Assembly: GCA_963760795.1 (NCBI GenBank)
Contig: CAVXEP010000025.1
Coordinates: forward strand, 96,001-160,000
Source: an uncultured delta proteobacterium
GTDB lineage: Bacteria > Desulfobacterota > Binatia > UBA9968
Length of the DNA stretch: 64,000 bases
Direction of reading: 5' to 3'
Part shown: piece by piece, positions 52,269 to 62,804 of the stretch
Numbering within the stretch: the first letter of the stretch is position 1
Layout: each line of letters opens with the position of its first letter
Notes under the pieces: generated by a model
The model's input: the letters and a program-made list of their open reading frames with translations, nothing else
Told to the model about the DNA's origin: nothing
The model's database searches: none
Position numbers and translations under genes: made by a program

Positions 52269-53363
52269 ATGATTATCGATGGCGACGGACATTTTTTTGA
52301 AACCGAAGAGATCTTCGACAAGTATATGGAGCCGGCTTTGCGCAATTTCCGGCCGCGCCTGTTGGGCGATGAACAAGGCCACAACTTTTGGGTGGTCGAC
52401 GGCCAGACTTCTTACAAACGGCCGACCATCAAAGGCGCCGGCGCGCCGGGAACCGCCGCCCCTCCGGGAAAAGCCTTACAGTCGGCGCGCCGCGCCTCGC
52501 CGGGCAGCCAGACGCTGAACAATCTAAAGGAGCGTTTGGACGATCTCGATCGCGAAAAAATCGACTTGCAGTTCATCTATCCAAGCTTTTTGCTCCATGC
52601 CAATGCCTGGCCCGACGGCATTTTAGGTAACGGTATTTGCCGTGCCTATAACACGTGGCTCAACGAAGCGTGCAACCAAGCACCCGACCGTTTGCAGGCG
52701 GTCGGCGTGGTGTCGTTGCTCGATCCCCAGGGCGCGGCCAAAGAAATCACCCGGCTGAGCGACATGGGCGTCAAAGCGGTCATGATCAACGGCACCGCCG
52801 GCGCCAGGCGTTTGGATCATCCCGACCATGATGTCTTCTTCGCCGAGTGCGACCGCGTCAAGATGCCCATCGCCGTGCACTTCAGTTTGCAGTTTCCCTT
52901 CGTCGACACATTGTTCGAGCACCACTTTCCCAACCGCGTGCTCGCCGGCATCTTTCCGATCATGGCCGGCTTGACCAGCGTGTTGTGCTCCGGCCTCTTG
53001 GATCGCTACAAAAATTTAAAATTCGCCTTTCTCGAAGGCGGCATCAGCTGGGTGCCGGCCCATGTCGAGCGCATGGACGATCATTTTGACAACCCGCGCT
53101 ACGGCGCCAAGGATCTCATCAGCCATCCGCCCAGCGAGTATTTGAAAACCGGCAGGATTTTCTTCGGCTGCGAGGGCAACGAAGCAACGCTGGCGAAGAT
53201 CGTCGGCGAAGTCGGCGACGATCTATTCATGTTTTCCTCCGACTATCCCCATGCCGACCGCACCGAAGGCACGGCGACCATTCTCAAGGATCGCAGCGAT
53301 ATCGCCGCGCCGGTGCGCAAGAAACTCTTGGAAGACAACGCGCGGCAATTTTACGGCGTGTAA
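52269..53363 (+). CDS. Amidohydrolase_2 family (TIM-barrel metal-dependent hydrolase/decarboxylase)
   Basis: IIDGDGHF, RLDDLDRE.ID.QFIYPS, CRAYNTWL, PIAVH, FLEGGISW, FSSDYPHAD. Confidence 0.9.
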   Translation: MIIDGDGHFFETEEIFDKYMEPALRNFRPRLLGDEQGHNFWVVDGQTSYKRPTIKGAGAPGTAAPPGKALQSARRASPGSQTLNNLKERLDDLDREKIDLQFIYPSFLLHANAWPDGILGNGICRAYNTWLNEACNQAPDRLQAVGVVSLLDPQGAAKEITRLSDMGVKAVMINGTAGARRLDHPDHDVFFAECDRVKMPIAVHFSLQFPFVDTLFEHHFPNRVLAGIFPIMAGLTSVLCSGLLDRYKNLKFAFLEGGISWVPAHVERMDDHFDNPRYGAKDLISHPPSEYLKTGRIFFGCEGNEATLAKIVGEVGDDLFMFSSDYPHADRTEGTATILKDRSDIAAPVRKKLLEDNARQFYGV

Positions 53364-53409
53364 ATCGGCGATCGAGAAGCGCGACTTTCGACCCATTGGA
53401 CGACGTAGC

Positions 53410-53446
53410 AAAGGGGTAATCGACGACTGTCGATTACCCCTTTTTT
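53410..53446 (+). terminator. Intrinsic terminator after the amidohydrolase gene
   Basis: AAAGGGGTAATCGAC-GACT-GTCGATTACCCC followed by T6. Confidence 0.88.
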
Positions 53447-53588
53447 GCGTCCAACGCGATCATCGCGATAAATTTCGCTTCACCGCCCGCTCCCTGGCCT
53501 AGCTTGATTTATCCTCTGCCAATACGATAAAATTTTCCCGCGTGAGTGAGGTAAACCCAGGTTTGAGGTGTTGAAAGGAGGAGTGGAG

Positions 53589-53771
53589 ATGGATCTGCCG
53601 AAATGTCAGAAATGCAATAATGGGGTGTTAATACCGCTGTCGGACTACGGGCAAGAGGGCGCCTCAGTGATGTACAAAGCCTGGGCTTGTACCAACCCCG
53701 ACTGCGGTTTTTCCTTGCGCGTCGATAAAGGCGAGGTTACCTACGGCAAGAAGATCGAGCACAAACACTAG
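53589..53771 (+). CDS. Small zinc-ribbon protein (60 aa)
   Basis: Strong RBS AGGAGGAG; MDLPKCQKCNNGVLIPLSDYG...YKAWACTNPDCGF (CxxC...CxxxxC). Confidence 0.75.
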   Translation: MDLPKCQKCNNGVLIPLSDYGQEGASVMYKAWACTNPDCGFSLRVDKGEVTYGKKIEHKH

Positions 53772-53862
53772 ATTCGCCTCGTCTAGTTCACCCGTTTTGA
53801 AGTGAGCTAAAGAACTTGTGGGCGTTCGCTGCCCGCAAAACCCCGCGCCAAAGGACACCGTT

Positions 53863-54519
53863 TCAAGCCGGCATGCTCTGATTGAAGCTCTGAATCGCCC
53901 GGCCAAACAGCTCACAACCGCTTTTCAATGCGGCCAGACATTTCTGCTGCGACTCGGCATCGGTGGCGTAGCGTTTGAGAATCTCCGGCGCGATCCATTC
54001 ATGGCCTGCTTCTTCGGCGAGCAAAACATCACGGTAGATCGCTGCGGTGGTCGGATCGATGGCGCCAACCCGCTCGATGAACGACTTCGAGGTCCGCGGA
54101 AAAAACTCTTCGTGGCCGAACTGCACGCTGGCGATCAGCTCGCATAACGAACCCAAGCCGGCATGAAAGTCCCACAGCTGCTTTAACTCGGCCAACGGAC
54201 TGTTCCATAAGCTATCAGGGTCGCCCTTGAGATCGCTAATGCGCTGGCGCAGGATCGAGGTATGTTTCAATTCGTTGACGACATACTCGGACATCGGCTG
54301 TTGCAGGTCGAGGTCGGGGATCTTGCTCACCCACGGCGCGGTAACTTCGGCAGCTTTCCGCTCCATGACCACGCCGAACTGCAAGCGCCGCAGCACGATC
54401 GCCGGGGTCAATGGCTTCTCCGCGCCGTAGCTTTTGCGCTCGGCATTCATCTTTTCCCAGAAGGCCTCACGAGTAGCGATCAATTGCTGCAAAAACTCAT
54501 CGGGCTGTAGCGCTTCCAT
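53863..54519 (-). CDS. Ferritin-like di-iron carboxylate protein
   Basis: GGAGGA RBS; helical protein with E (MERKAA), ExxH (NELKH), E (HEEF), ExxH (EEAGH). Confidence 0.72.
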   Translation of the reverse strand: MEALQPDEFLQQLIATREAFWEKMNAERKSYGAEKPLTPAIVLRRLQFGVVMERKAAEVTAPWVSKIPDLDLQQPMSEYVVNELKHTSILRQRISDLKGDPDSLWNSPLAELKQLWDFHAGLGSLCELIASVQFGHEEFFPRTSKSFIERVGAIDPTTAAIYRDVLLAEEAGHEWIAPEILKRYATDAESQQKCLAALKSGCELFGRAIQSFNQSMPA

Positions 54520-54645
54520 AATTCCTCCGTCGGTGGACGTTGCAGTGATTGACTCCGCCAATCATTTAGGTTTTAACAATACAAGAAATCAGGCCCTAGT
54601 GAAAGCTGCTCGATCTAGCCTAACCGCCCAAAATTTAAGACTTTA

Positions 54646-55389
54646 ATGGACTCCGGCCAAGCCAAAATCTACGTCGACGATCTTTACGATCAAGTGCATC
54701 GCCACTGGCAAAAGCGGATTCACAACGGCGAGTTCATGACGCGCCTGCGTGACGGCACGCTGCCGCTGCCCTGTCTGCGGCGCTTTTTCAAAGACTGGGG
54801 GCTGTTTTCCATCGAGGTGGTCGCCCTCAACGCGGTGTCGTACTACGTTCATCTGCCCTTCTTCGTGGAAAATTTCGATTTGCTGGCACCGCTTTGCGAC
54901 AAGGTCGCCGAAGAACTGATCTCACCCAAGCCGCCCGGCCATATCTTGATCCTGCTGGAAACCGCCAACGCATTGGGCTTAAGCAAAGAAGAACTGTTCG
55001 AGCAACCGGCATCGGCGCCGGGGCGCGCCATCAGCGATTACTGCCGGCGGATATTTCAAGATGGCTCGATCATCGAGCTGTGGGGCGCCCATGTATACGA
55101 AGAGACCCTCGGCCACTGGTCGCAGCAATGGAGCCAAGCGCTGGTCGGTCATTACGGCATGAGCAAACGCCAAGCAATTTATTTCAACGCCCACGCCGAA
55201 GCCGACTTGGTCCAGCACGACGATCACATGGGCCACGGGCCGCTAAATCGCATGATCCTCCAGCGCATATTGGAGCAGGGCAAGACCGCCAAAAAATTAG
55301 GCTACGATCCCAAATACTGCGCCTTCACCATGGTCGATCTTCATGCGCTGATGGAACAGCACGCCTTGGACAATCCCTACCCGGCGTAA
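54646..55389 (+). CDS. Heme-oxygenase-like di-iron oxidase (PqqC/TenA/CADD-like)
   Basis: F...LRDGTLP, AEEL...PPGH, ALGLS, VYEE, HYG, YFNAHAEAD...H. Confidence 0.75.
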   Translation: MDSGQAKIYVDDLYDQVHRHWQKRIHNGEFMTRLRDGTLPLPCLRRFFKDWGLFSIEVVALNAVSYYVHLPFFVENFDLLAPLCDKVAEELISPKPPGHILILLETANALGLSKEELFEQPASAPGRAISDYCRRIFQDGSIIELWGAHVYEETLGHWSQQWSQALVGHYGMSKRQAIYFNAHAEADLVQHDDHMGHGPLNRMILQRILEQGKTAKKLGYDPKYCAFTMVDLHALMEQHALDNPYPA

Positions 55390-55441
55390 GCGTCAATCCC
55401 TGGCGCAGTGGCAATTTCGCTCTGCGTTATTTGTTTCAGCT

Positions 55442-56398
55442 ATGATCGGACCAGGTGCCTTGATGCGCTCGCGAATTTTTTTCTCACTCTGTCTCCTCGT
55501 GACCATTTCAATCGCGGCAAACGCCCCGGCGCAGTTGCCCGGCAAATGGACCACCCGCGCGCCTATGCCCTCGGCGCGCACCGAGGTTGCGGCGGTGGAA
55601 ATCAGTGGCAAGATTTACGTCATTGGGGGTTACGATAAAGGCAGCCATCTGGTCGAGGAATACGACCCGGCAACCGATAACTGGCGCGGCCGCGCTGCTC
55701 TGCCAAAACCGCTGCATCATATCGGCGCCGCCGCCCTCAACGGCAAGATCTATGTTATCGGCGGCTATATTTCCGGCACCGGTTCGGTGGATACCGTCTA
55801 TGAATACAACCCGGCCAAAGATCAGTGGACGACCAAGAAGCCGCTGCCAACGCCGCGTGGCGCGCTCGCCGTCGGCATTATCTCGGGGAAAATCTACGCC
55901 GTCGGCGGGGTCGCTAAGAACGGCCGCAACACACCCGCCAACGAGTCCTACGATCCGCTCCAAGACCGTTGGACCAAACACGCACCGATGATCACACAGA
56001 GAGACCACCACGCCATCGGCGTCGTCGACGGCAAACTCCACGCCATCGCCGGCCGCATCGCCGGCAATCATGATCGAAGCGTCGGTGATAACGAGGAATA
56101 CGACCCAGTGAGTAACCGCTGGCGCGCCAGAGCGCCGATCCCATCCGTGCGTAGCGGCATTGCCGCAGCAACCCTCGGCGGAAAAATTTTCGTCTTCGGC
56201 GGCGAAAACGACCGCCGCAACCGCGCCAACGTGGAGTCCTACGATCCGGTAAATAATCAGTGGCAAAGCTGGACGCCCATGCCCACCGCCCGTCACGGCT
56301 ACGGCGTCGCCGTCATCGGCAACTCTATCTACGTCATCTCTGGCGGCCCGCAACCGGGAGCAACGTTTTCGTCAGCGAATGAAGCGTTCACCCCGTAA
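55442..56398 (+). CDS. Secreted Kelch-repeat beta-propeller protein
   Basis: Signal peptide plus six repeats of W...P.P..R....A....GKIYV.GG......E.YDP. Confidence 0.92.
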   Translation: MIGPGALMRSRIFFSLCLLVTISIAANAPAQLPGKWTTRAPMPSARTEVAAVEISGKIYVIGGYDKGSHLVEEYDPATDNWRGRAALPKPLHHIGAAALNGKIYVIGGYISGTGSVDTVYEYNPAKDQWTTKKPLPTPRGALAVGIISGKIYAVGGVAKNGRNTPANESYDPLQDRWTKHAPMITQRDHHAIGVVDGKLHAIAGRIAGNHDRSVGDNEEYDPVSNRWRARAPIPSVRSGIAAATLGGKIFVFGGENDRRNRANVESYDPVNNQWQSWTPMPTARHGYGVAVIGNSIYVISGGPQPGATFSSANEAFTP

Positions 56399-57350
56399 AG
56401 AATTGACAAATACTATCTGACAACCAGTCAAGGCTGCCGGGAAAACTGCCCGACACAAACCCCACGTGTCCACCACAGTTAGGAAAGTCCAAAGTTACTG
56501 AATCGGAAACCTCATCGTCACGCGGCAGCGCCGACGCCGGCAGGAACGGATCGTTTTGCGCGTTGATCATCAGCGTCCGGACGCGAATATTTTTTAGCCA
56601 GGGCTTGCTGCTCGCTCTGGCCCAGTAATCGTCGGCGTCTTTGAAGCCGTGGATCGGCGCGGTGTAGATATCGTCGAACTGGCGGAAGGTCGAGCAAGCG
56701 TGCATCGCCGCAGGATCGATGTCGAGCCCGTGGTGAGAAATCTTCGCCAGCACTTTCCCCTTCAGGGAGCGGAGAAAACGTCGCGTGTAGATCGCTCGCC
56801 GGTAGCCAAAATCCAACAGCGCCGCCGCGGCATGCAAATCCACCGGCGCCGACACCGCCACCGCGCCTTTGACGATGGCGGCAGCCGCATCGGCCTGTTC
56901 ACCCAACCATTTGAGCAGCATATTGCCGCCAAGCGATACGCCGACGACATAGATTTCGCAGTCGGGATTTTCGCGCTTGAGCCGGCGCAAGATCCAGTCG
57001 ATCTCGGCGCCATCGCCGGAGTGATAGGCGCGCGGCAGCTTATTAATCTCGCCGCCGCATCCGCGAAAGTGCGGCACGACGCCGCGCCAACTCATATGCT
57101 GTGCGCTGCCCATCAAACTCAGCGCGTAGTGGCTGCGCGAACCGCCTTCGAGGCCGTGAAACAACACGAGCAACTTATTCGCTGCAGCAGCGCCCGGCGT
57201 CCAATCGAGGTCGATGAAGTCGCCGTCCGGCGTCACCCATCGTTCGCGCCGATACTGCACCCGCCATCGCCGCGCGAGCTTGCGCGCGTAAATAGTCTGC
57301 AAGTTCCCACCCGGCAGCCACCACGGCGGCGCATATGTGGAATGGATCAA
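56388..57350 (-). CDS. Alpha/beta hydrolase, YheT family
   Basis: WWLPGGNLQT, TPDGDFIDLDW, FHGLEG, YHSG, GVSLGG, FDDIYTAP.HGF, GGHVGF. Confidence 0.9.
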   Translation of the reverse strand: MIHSTYAPPWWLPGGNLQTIYARKLARRWRVQYRRERWVTPDGDFIDLDWTPGAAAANKLLVLFHGLEGGSRSHYALSLMGSAQHMSWRGVVPHFRGCGGEINKLPRAYHSGDGAEIDWILRRLKRENPDCEIYVVGVSLGGNMLLKWLGEQADAAAAIVKGAVAVSAPVDLHAAAALLDFGYRRAIYTRRFLRSLKGKVLAKISHHGLDIDPAAMHACSTFRQFDDIYTAPIHGFKDADDYWARASSKPWLKNIRVRTLMINAQNDPFLPASALPRDDEVSDSVTLDFPNCGGHVGFVSGSFPGSLDWLSDSICQFFTG

Positions 57351-57393
57351 ACTATCCCGCTTTCTGCTCCGCGCTTCCGATGTCTATCCGGAC

Positions 57394-57430
57394 GATTTGA
57401 ACGTTTTGAACGACTTGAACGTTTGGAACG
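57394..57430. repeat. Four degenerate 9-bp tandem repeats (GnTTGAAC-type)
   Basis: gatttgaac-gttttgaac-gacttgaac-gtttggaac between putA and the hydrolase gene. Confidence 0.75.
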
Positions 57431-57432
57431 AG

Positions 57433-60363
57433 CTATTTCTTCCCTCGCTCCGGCGGCACGAAGCCATGGCGCAAAGTATTTTCCGAGATCGTCCGCGGTT
57501 CGAGAAACTGCAAGAGATAATCCGGGCCGCCGGCTTTGGAGCCGATGCCCGAGAGTTTCAAGCCGCCGAAGGGTTGCCGTTCAACCACCGCGCCGGTGAT
57601 GCCGCGGTTGATGTATAGATTGCCGACGCGAAACTCTTTGCGCGCCTGCTCGATATGCGCCGGCGAGCGCGAAAAGATACCGCCGGTCAGAGCAAATTGC
57701 GAGTCGTTGGCGATGGCCAACGCCTGGGCGAAATCTTTCGCCTGGATGACCGCCAACACCGGGCCGAAAATTTCTTCCTGGGCGATGCGGCTGCGCGGAT
57801 CGACATCACGAAAGATCGCCGGACCGACGAAGTAGCCGTCCTGGGGCGCGGCCATTTCGAGTACGCACTTCGCTTCTTGCTTGCCGATCTCGATGTATTC
57901 GGCGATGCGCCGTTGCGCCGCGCCATCGATCACCGGTCCAATCGAATTGCGCGGATCTTCGGACGCACCGATCTTGAGACTCTGCACCGCGTCCACTAGC
58001 CGCGCCAAAAAGCGCTCGTGTATTTCTTCTAGTAGAATCAGCCGCGACGCGGCGGAGCATTTTTGCCCCTGATATCCGAAAGCGGAATCGATAACATGTC
58101 CCACGGCTTCGTCCAGGTCGGCGTCACTATCGACAATGACGGCGTTCTTGCCGCCCATCTCACAGACGACACGCTTCACATGGGCTTGCCCCGGCCGCTG
58201 CGTGTAAGCTTCGCGAAGAATTTCCAAACCGACTTCGCGCGAGCCGGTGAAAGCGATCAAGTGAATCCTCGCCGAGCGGACTAAATGCGCGCCGATCTCG
58301 CCGCCGCCCTGGAGCAACTGGCAAGCGCCATCGGGCACGCCGGCGTTGAACAGAATATCGGACAGCTGCACCGCCATCAGCGGCGACTGTTCGGCGGGCT
58401 TCATCAGCACGCAGTTTCCGCTGACCAGTGCCGCCGCAGTCATACCGGCGAGAATCGCCAGAGGAAAATTCCACGGCGCGATCACCGCGGCGATGCCGCG
58501 TGGCTCGTAGAAATATGTGTTGGTTTCGCTGGGCAGCTGCTGGGTCTCGCGCGGTTGGGCGAGACGCAACATCTCGTAAGCGTAATAATCGAGATAATCG
58601 ATCGCTTCGCAGACATCGGCGTCGGCCTCCCGCTAGCCCTTGCCGACTTCGATAATCTCCCATGCGGCGAGCTCCCAACGCTGCTCGCGCATGAGCTCCG
58701 CCGCGCGAAAAAGCATCTCGGCGCGCTCGCGCGCCGGCGTATCGCGCCACTGAGGGAAAAAGCGCTCGGCTTTATCGATCGCCTTGTCCGCTTCCGCGAT
58801 CGTGGTTTTGCGCACCCAGCGAATGATTTCGTTGGCATTGGCGGGATTCACCGACTTAAGCCAAATCTCCTCGTCGCGCTCGCGCGGTTTTCTCATTTCG
58901 CCGCGCACTTCGCCGAGCGCGGCGGCAAAGCGCTCGCGATTCTCCGCGGACGAAAAATCTATCGGCGCTTGGTTACGAAACTCCCTCCGAGGCGCGGATG
59001 GCGCGAAGATCTGGGGCACCGGCTTTGCCGGCACCGGCGCTTTGATCAGACTTTCAACAGCTTTTTTCTCGGCGTAGGTTTGACGCAAAAAAGAAGTGTT
59101 CGAGGTGTTCTCCATCAAGCGCCGAATCAGATAAGAAATGCCCGGCAGCAACTCGCCCACCGGCAGATAGACGCGCACGCGCTGGCCATTCTGCACGATC
59201 GCCTGGCGCACCGGCTCGGCCATGCCGTAGAGCATCTGCATCTCGTAACCGTTGGCCGGCACGCCGATCTCTTTCGCCGCGACGATGGCGTGGGCCAGGC
59301 TGCGCAGATTGTGACTGCCGAAGGCGGCGTCGATGACGTCATGGCCTTCGAGCAGCAGGCGGCTCAGATGCTCGTAATTCGCGTCGGTCTCCGCCTTGTC
59401 CAAAAACACCGGGATCGGCCAGTTCTTTTGCTTCGCCCAAGCGATCTCGCTGTCCCAATAAGCGCCTTTGACCAAGCGCACGCCGACCCGGCGCTGCTGG
59501 CGCCGCGCCCAGCGAATCAGTGCACTGACATCCTCTGCCGCATCTTTAAGATAAGCCTGCAACGCGATCGCCGCGTAGGGCTGCTGATGGAATTCGTCTT
59601 CTTCCAAGACGCCGCGAAATATCTCCAGGGTCAATTCGCGGAAACCGTTCTGCTCCATGTCGACGGTCACCGCCGCGCCCAGCGCCGACGCTTGGCGAAA
59701 TAACTCGCGCAGCCGTTGGCGGACGATGGCGTCGGTATTCGGATCGAGCGGGTCGAAGCGCGCGCATAAGGATGAAAGCTTTACCGAAAGATTGACCTGG
59801 GGGATTTTGCCGTTCGGCGATTGATCGATCTGCGCGCACTCGGACCACTTGGCGCTCGCCGCCACGAGCCGGCGCATGAGCTCGAGATAGCGCTTTTGCA
59901 TCGCCGCCGCTTCGCCGTCGCTCACCGTCGCCTCGCCGACGACATCGATGGTAAACGCGGCGGGCTCCTTGCGCAGACTCGACAGCACCGAGGTCAAATG
60001 ATTGCCGCTTTCCTCGGCGATGAAGCGGCGCGCGAGCTGGATGACGTTGCGCCGGACGATGGGCGCAACGAGAGTACCGGCATGAAGCGCCTGGGCGAGA
60101 ATCGCCAAGCCGCTCAGCGCATGGTCGACCCGGGAAAAATATTCTTCGAGATGACGGCCGATCTCCGACGACGATTCGAGGCTCGGCAACACGTCGACAA
60201 AACGGAATAGCGCCACCCGCAGGGACTCATCGTCCAACGACCAGTCGATCATCCGGCCGAGCAAGTCCTGGGCGTCGAACAACGACGGTTTATGCTGCGC
60301 CGCTCGTTGATAAAGCGCGCGTGCCAGTTTCTGGGTCTCTTGTTCGGTGCTCACGTTAGCCAT
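57433..60363 (-). CDS. putA: Bifunctional proline dehydrogenase / P5C dehydrogenase PutA; one in-frame TAG as sequenced
   Basis: LFRFVDVLP, SVKLS, VDME, VRLVKGAYWD, GSHNLRS, YLIRRLMENTSN; EVGKG*READADVCEAID (TAG at 58633-58635, same frame); PWNFP, FTGS, EMGGKNA, GQKCSA, EEIFGP. Confidence 0.93.
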
Positions 60364-60455
60364 ATTCGGTGCGTTCAAATGTATCACAAAGCGATCTTGA
60401 ACCGACATGAAAAGCGTTGTCACAGCAGCGCGACCCTGTTACGCTGGGCGCACCG

Positions 60456-62142
60456 ATGACAACTGATTCAATCACCGGCGCTGAAGCCGCGGTGGACAAT
60501 GCTCAAGCTGCACGGCGTCGAATTTATTTTCGGCCTGTGCGGCGACACCAGCTTGCCGTTCTACGACGCCTTGGCGCGCCTGCCCCACGGCATGCGCCAT
60601 ATTCTCGCCCGCGACGAGCGCTCCGCCGCTTACATGGCCGACGGCTACGCGCGCGTGTCCGGCAAAGTCGGCGTGTGCGAAGGACCGAGCGGCGGCGGCG
60701 TCACTTATATCTTGCCCGGCTTGGCGGAAGCCAACGAATCTTCCGTGCCGCTCTTGTGCATCAATAGCGACATCTCGGTGGGCGCGCGCGGTCATTACAC
60801 GCTGACCGAACTGGATCAGGGCGCGCTCATGCGGCCGGTGACCAAATGGAACACCGTGGTCGATGGCGCCGAAGATCTGCCCCAAGCATTTCGCCAAGCA
60901 TTCAAGCAAATCACTACGGCGCGGCCCGGCGCGGCCCATATCGCTCTGCCCTTCGACGTACAAAATGGCTTAGTGGCGCGTTCGGAAGTTTACGGCGATG
61001 CGAGCTTCGGCAGTTGTCCGGCGCAACGGATCGCGCCCGCGGCGAACTCGGTAGAAGCCGCCGCGCGGTTGCTAACTCAAGCGCGCAATCCGGTGTTTAT
61101 CTGCGGCGGCGGAGTCGTGATCTCGCAAGCCGAGCCCGAGCTTGTCGAACTCGCCGAGCGGCTCTCGGCGCCGGTGGCGACGACCATCAGCGGCAAATGC
61201 TCGATTGACGAACAACATCCGCTCGCCGTCGGCGTGGTCGGCTCCAACGGCGGCACGCCTGAAACACGCGCGATCGTCGATCAAGCCGATCTGATCATTT
61301 TCATCGGCTGCCGCGCCGGCTCGGTGACCACCGAACGTTGGCGCCATCCAACCAAGGGAAGCACCAAAGTCATTCATCTCGATGTCGATGTCGCGGTTCC
61401 CGGCACCAATTATCCGACAGACGCGACGCTGGTCGGCGATGCCAAGCTCGGGCTAAAAATGTTGAATGATGCGCTGGCGGCCACCCGCCGGCCGCTTGAT
61501 GCCGCGCGAGTGGAGGCAGCGAAAGAACAAAAGTTCGCAAAATTTCAGGCGCTCGCGGAATCGAACGACTCGCCGGTCAAACCGGAGCGCGTGGTCGCCG
61601 AACTGACGCGCGCACTCGAACCGGACGCCATCGTCGTCGCCGATGCCGGCACGCCTTGTCCGTATTTCTCCGCCTACTTTCCGGTCCGCGGCAACGGCAG
61701 AAAATTCATTTCCAACCGAGCCCACGGCGCTCTCGGCTATTCGATGGCGGCCGCCATGGGCGCGCACTTCGCGCAGCCGAAAGTGAAATGCGTTTCGGTC
61801 ATGGGTGACGGCAGCTTCGGCTTTACCTGCGGCGAGCTGGAGACCGCCGCGCGCTACCGGCTGCCGGTGACATTTATTGTAATTGCCAACGCAAGCTACG
61901 GCTGGATCAAGGCGGGACAACGCTCGGGTTACGGCCAACGTTACTTCGCGGTCGACTTCGCCGTCACCGATCACGCCGCCGTCGCCGCCGCCTTCGGCGT
62001 CAAAAGCTGGCGCGTCACCGAACCGAGTGAATTGGCGAAAGCACTGAAAGAAGCGTTAGCACACGACGGACCGAGTCTCGTAGATATTGTCTGCCAGCCG
62101 CTGCACGAAGCCAATGCGCCGGTGTCGGAGTGGATCGCGTGA
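60456..62142 (+). CDS. Thiamine-pyrophosphate-binding enzyme (acetolactate synthase large-subunit-like); frameshifted near the 5' end as sequenced
   Basis: MTTDSITGAEAAV, extra G at ~60495, then TMLKLHGVEFIFGLCG, RDERSAAYMADGYARVSGKVGV, GDGSFG..N ThDP motif. Confidence 0.88.
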
Positions 62143-62242
62143 GGAGATGGCGTGAGGCGAAAGGCTTGAGGCGCGAGTGAAGATTGGCAATTTACCGCGA
62201 CTCTACTCCTTCGACCTCGCGCTCACGTCTCACGCCTAACTC
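62137..62242. repeat. Inverted arrays of degenerate heptamers (GCGTGAG / CTCACGC)
   Basis: gcgtgag...gcgtgag-gcgaaag-gcttgag-gcgcgag then ctcgcg-ctcacgt-ctcacgc-ctaactc, between convergent genes. Confidence 0.65.
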
Positions 62243-62710
62243 TTAATTCTTCAGCCGCACTCTCGTTCCCAGATTCGCGCAGTCCTCATCGGTCATCAGA
62301 CCAGCAGCGCGAATGCCGTGGGCGGCGAGTTCTTCGTCGCGCTCCTGGGTGTCGCCGGTGACGCCGACGGCACCGATGACATCTCCCGCTTGATCGCGGA
62401 TCAACATGCCGCCGCCCTCGGCAAAAATCTGATCGTCCGAGGCGCGCATGAGATACTGCATGAACAGCGGCCGCTCTTCGGTGCGCATGCGCACCAGCGA
62501 TGACGAGCGCCCAAGCGCCAGCGCCGCGTACGCTTTGCCGTAGGCCATCTCGAAACGCATCATCGCCGAGTCGTCTTCTTTCTGAAAGGCTTTGACCTTG
62601 GCGCCGGGCTCGACGACGATCACGCTCATCGGCCGGCAAGCTAGCTCACGGCCGCGCGCGAGGATCGCTTCGATAATGCGATTGGCTTGCGCCAACGTGA
62701 TCATGCTCAT
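62243..62710 (-). CDS. GlcG/HbpS family heme-binding protein
   Basis: ITLAQA..II.A, FEMAYGKAYAALALG, GGGMLIRD..G.VIGAVGVTG...DE. Confidence 0.88.
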   Translation of the reverse strand: MSMITLAQANRIIEAILARGRELACRPMSVIVVEPGAKVKAFQKEDDSAMMRFEMAYGKAYAALALGRSSSLVRMRTEERPLFMQYLMRASDDQIFAEGGGMLIRDQAGDVIGAVGVTGDTQERDEELAAHGIRAAGLMTDEDCANLGTRVRLKN

Positions 62711-62804
62711 AGGACCTCCTCTGCGATCTTGGTGCAGTTGTCAGCGAAATCGTCGGGGCGACCGGCGGTCGCCCTTCCCCGATTAAGCGGCAAGAATTAA
62801 CGAC

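Noticed and set aside
57394-57430. CRISPR array
   Set aside because: 9-bp units without spacers and no cas genes in the window.
58633-58635. Pyrrolysine or genome-wide TAG reassignment
   Set aside because: TAG ends several normal genes here (frmA, mocA, rlmE, hemW), and the position corresponds to a Trp one substitution away.
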